DNA of 64,000 nt from Candidatus Colwellbacteria bacterium (GTDB taxonomy: Bacteria > Patescibacteriota > Minisyncoccia > UBA6257 > Colwellbacteraceae): positions 952-64,951 of the forward strand of contig JAQTUL010000007.1 in NCBI GenBank assembly GCA_028710275.1, given 5' to 3'. Numbering within the stretch: position 1 is the stretch's first letter; the number at the start of each line of letters is the position of its first letter. The notes under the pieces are model-generated. The model was given only the letters and a program-made list of their open reading frames with translations, did not search any database and was not told the origin of the DNA. Shown piece after piece: positions 63,835 through 64,000 of the stretch. A program made the translations under genes and the position numbers.

Positions 63835-64000
63835 ACCGGTTTATTCATTAAGGGCGTACGGTGGATGCCTTGACACAAAATGGCTATGAAGGACGCTGTG
63901 TAGCGGCGATATTCTCGGCGAGGTGTGTAACAGCCTTTGACCCGGGAGTTTCCGAATGGGGTAACCCGATCAGGTAAACCCTGATCATCCTCACACATAA
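63835..64000 (+). rRNA. rrl: 23S ribosomal RNA, 5' end (continues beyond the window); approximate start
   Basis: highly conserved 23S 5' domain strings (GGTGGATGCCTTG..., CCGAATGGGGTAACCC); no 16S rRNA upstream. Confidence 0.7.

Noticed and set aside
1-64000. Mobile genetic element, genomic island or prophage carrying the rSAM cluster
   Set aside because: No transposase, integrase, recombinase or phage structural genes were seen on either strand. The tRNA-adjacent repeats at 42.5 kb are about 7 kb away from the cluster end and flank no cargo. Horizontal origin cannot be excluded but is not supported here.

Overview
This 64-kb window looks bacterial and probably comes from a small-genome uncultivated lineage (CPR/Patescibacteria-like), though that is inference. 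The supporting signs are a short ValRS, short-type PGI paralogs, scattered single tRNAs without encoded CCA, a CCA-adding enzyme gene, and a 23S rRNA with its own promoter and no 16S upstream. Housekeeping genes flank the window: infB (3' part), rbfA, valS, tsaD, iscS/iscU, recG, cca, corA, ppsA, glycerate kinase, 2-hydroxyacid dehydrogenase, a Ca2+ P-type ATPase with a CaCA exchanger, two pgi paralogs, uppS, a family-4 UDG, capA, and the 5' end of 23S rRNA. There are also seven tRNAs (Cys-GCA, Leu-TAA, Glu-TTC, Lys-CTT on the minus strand, Arg-TCG, Pro-CGG, Ala-CGC) and a PBP-histidine kinase-receiver sensing operon. The most unusual region runs from about 16.8 to 37.8 kb and forms a very dense radical-SAM (rSAM) island. 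It contains a His-Xaa-Ser repeat protein (HxsA-like, about 58 H-x-S triplets) with three rSAM/SPASM-type enzymes and two small HxsD-like ORFs. Directly after it comes a co-directional, mostly translationally coupled array of nine paralogous rSAM genes of about 300 aa (CNNxC.FC cluster motif; C-terminal CxxCx5C..G.W motif). Embedded in that array are a non-rSAM gene, a membrane-anchored protein, and a 65-aa acidic ORF joined by TAATG to the last rSAM. The array ends with an A24 (TadV/CpaA-like) aspartic peptidase, a ferredoxin, and a 2-oxoacid:ferredoxin oxidoreductase. That makes 12 rSAM genes in about 18 kb. I believe this is a large, likely undescribed peptide/protein post-translational modification system. 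Two smaller oddities are a duplicated tRNA-Pro 3' segment with inverted T-arm mimics, and recent gene conversion between two tandem rSAM paralogs. I found no transposase, integrase, or CRISPR array.
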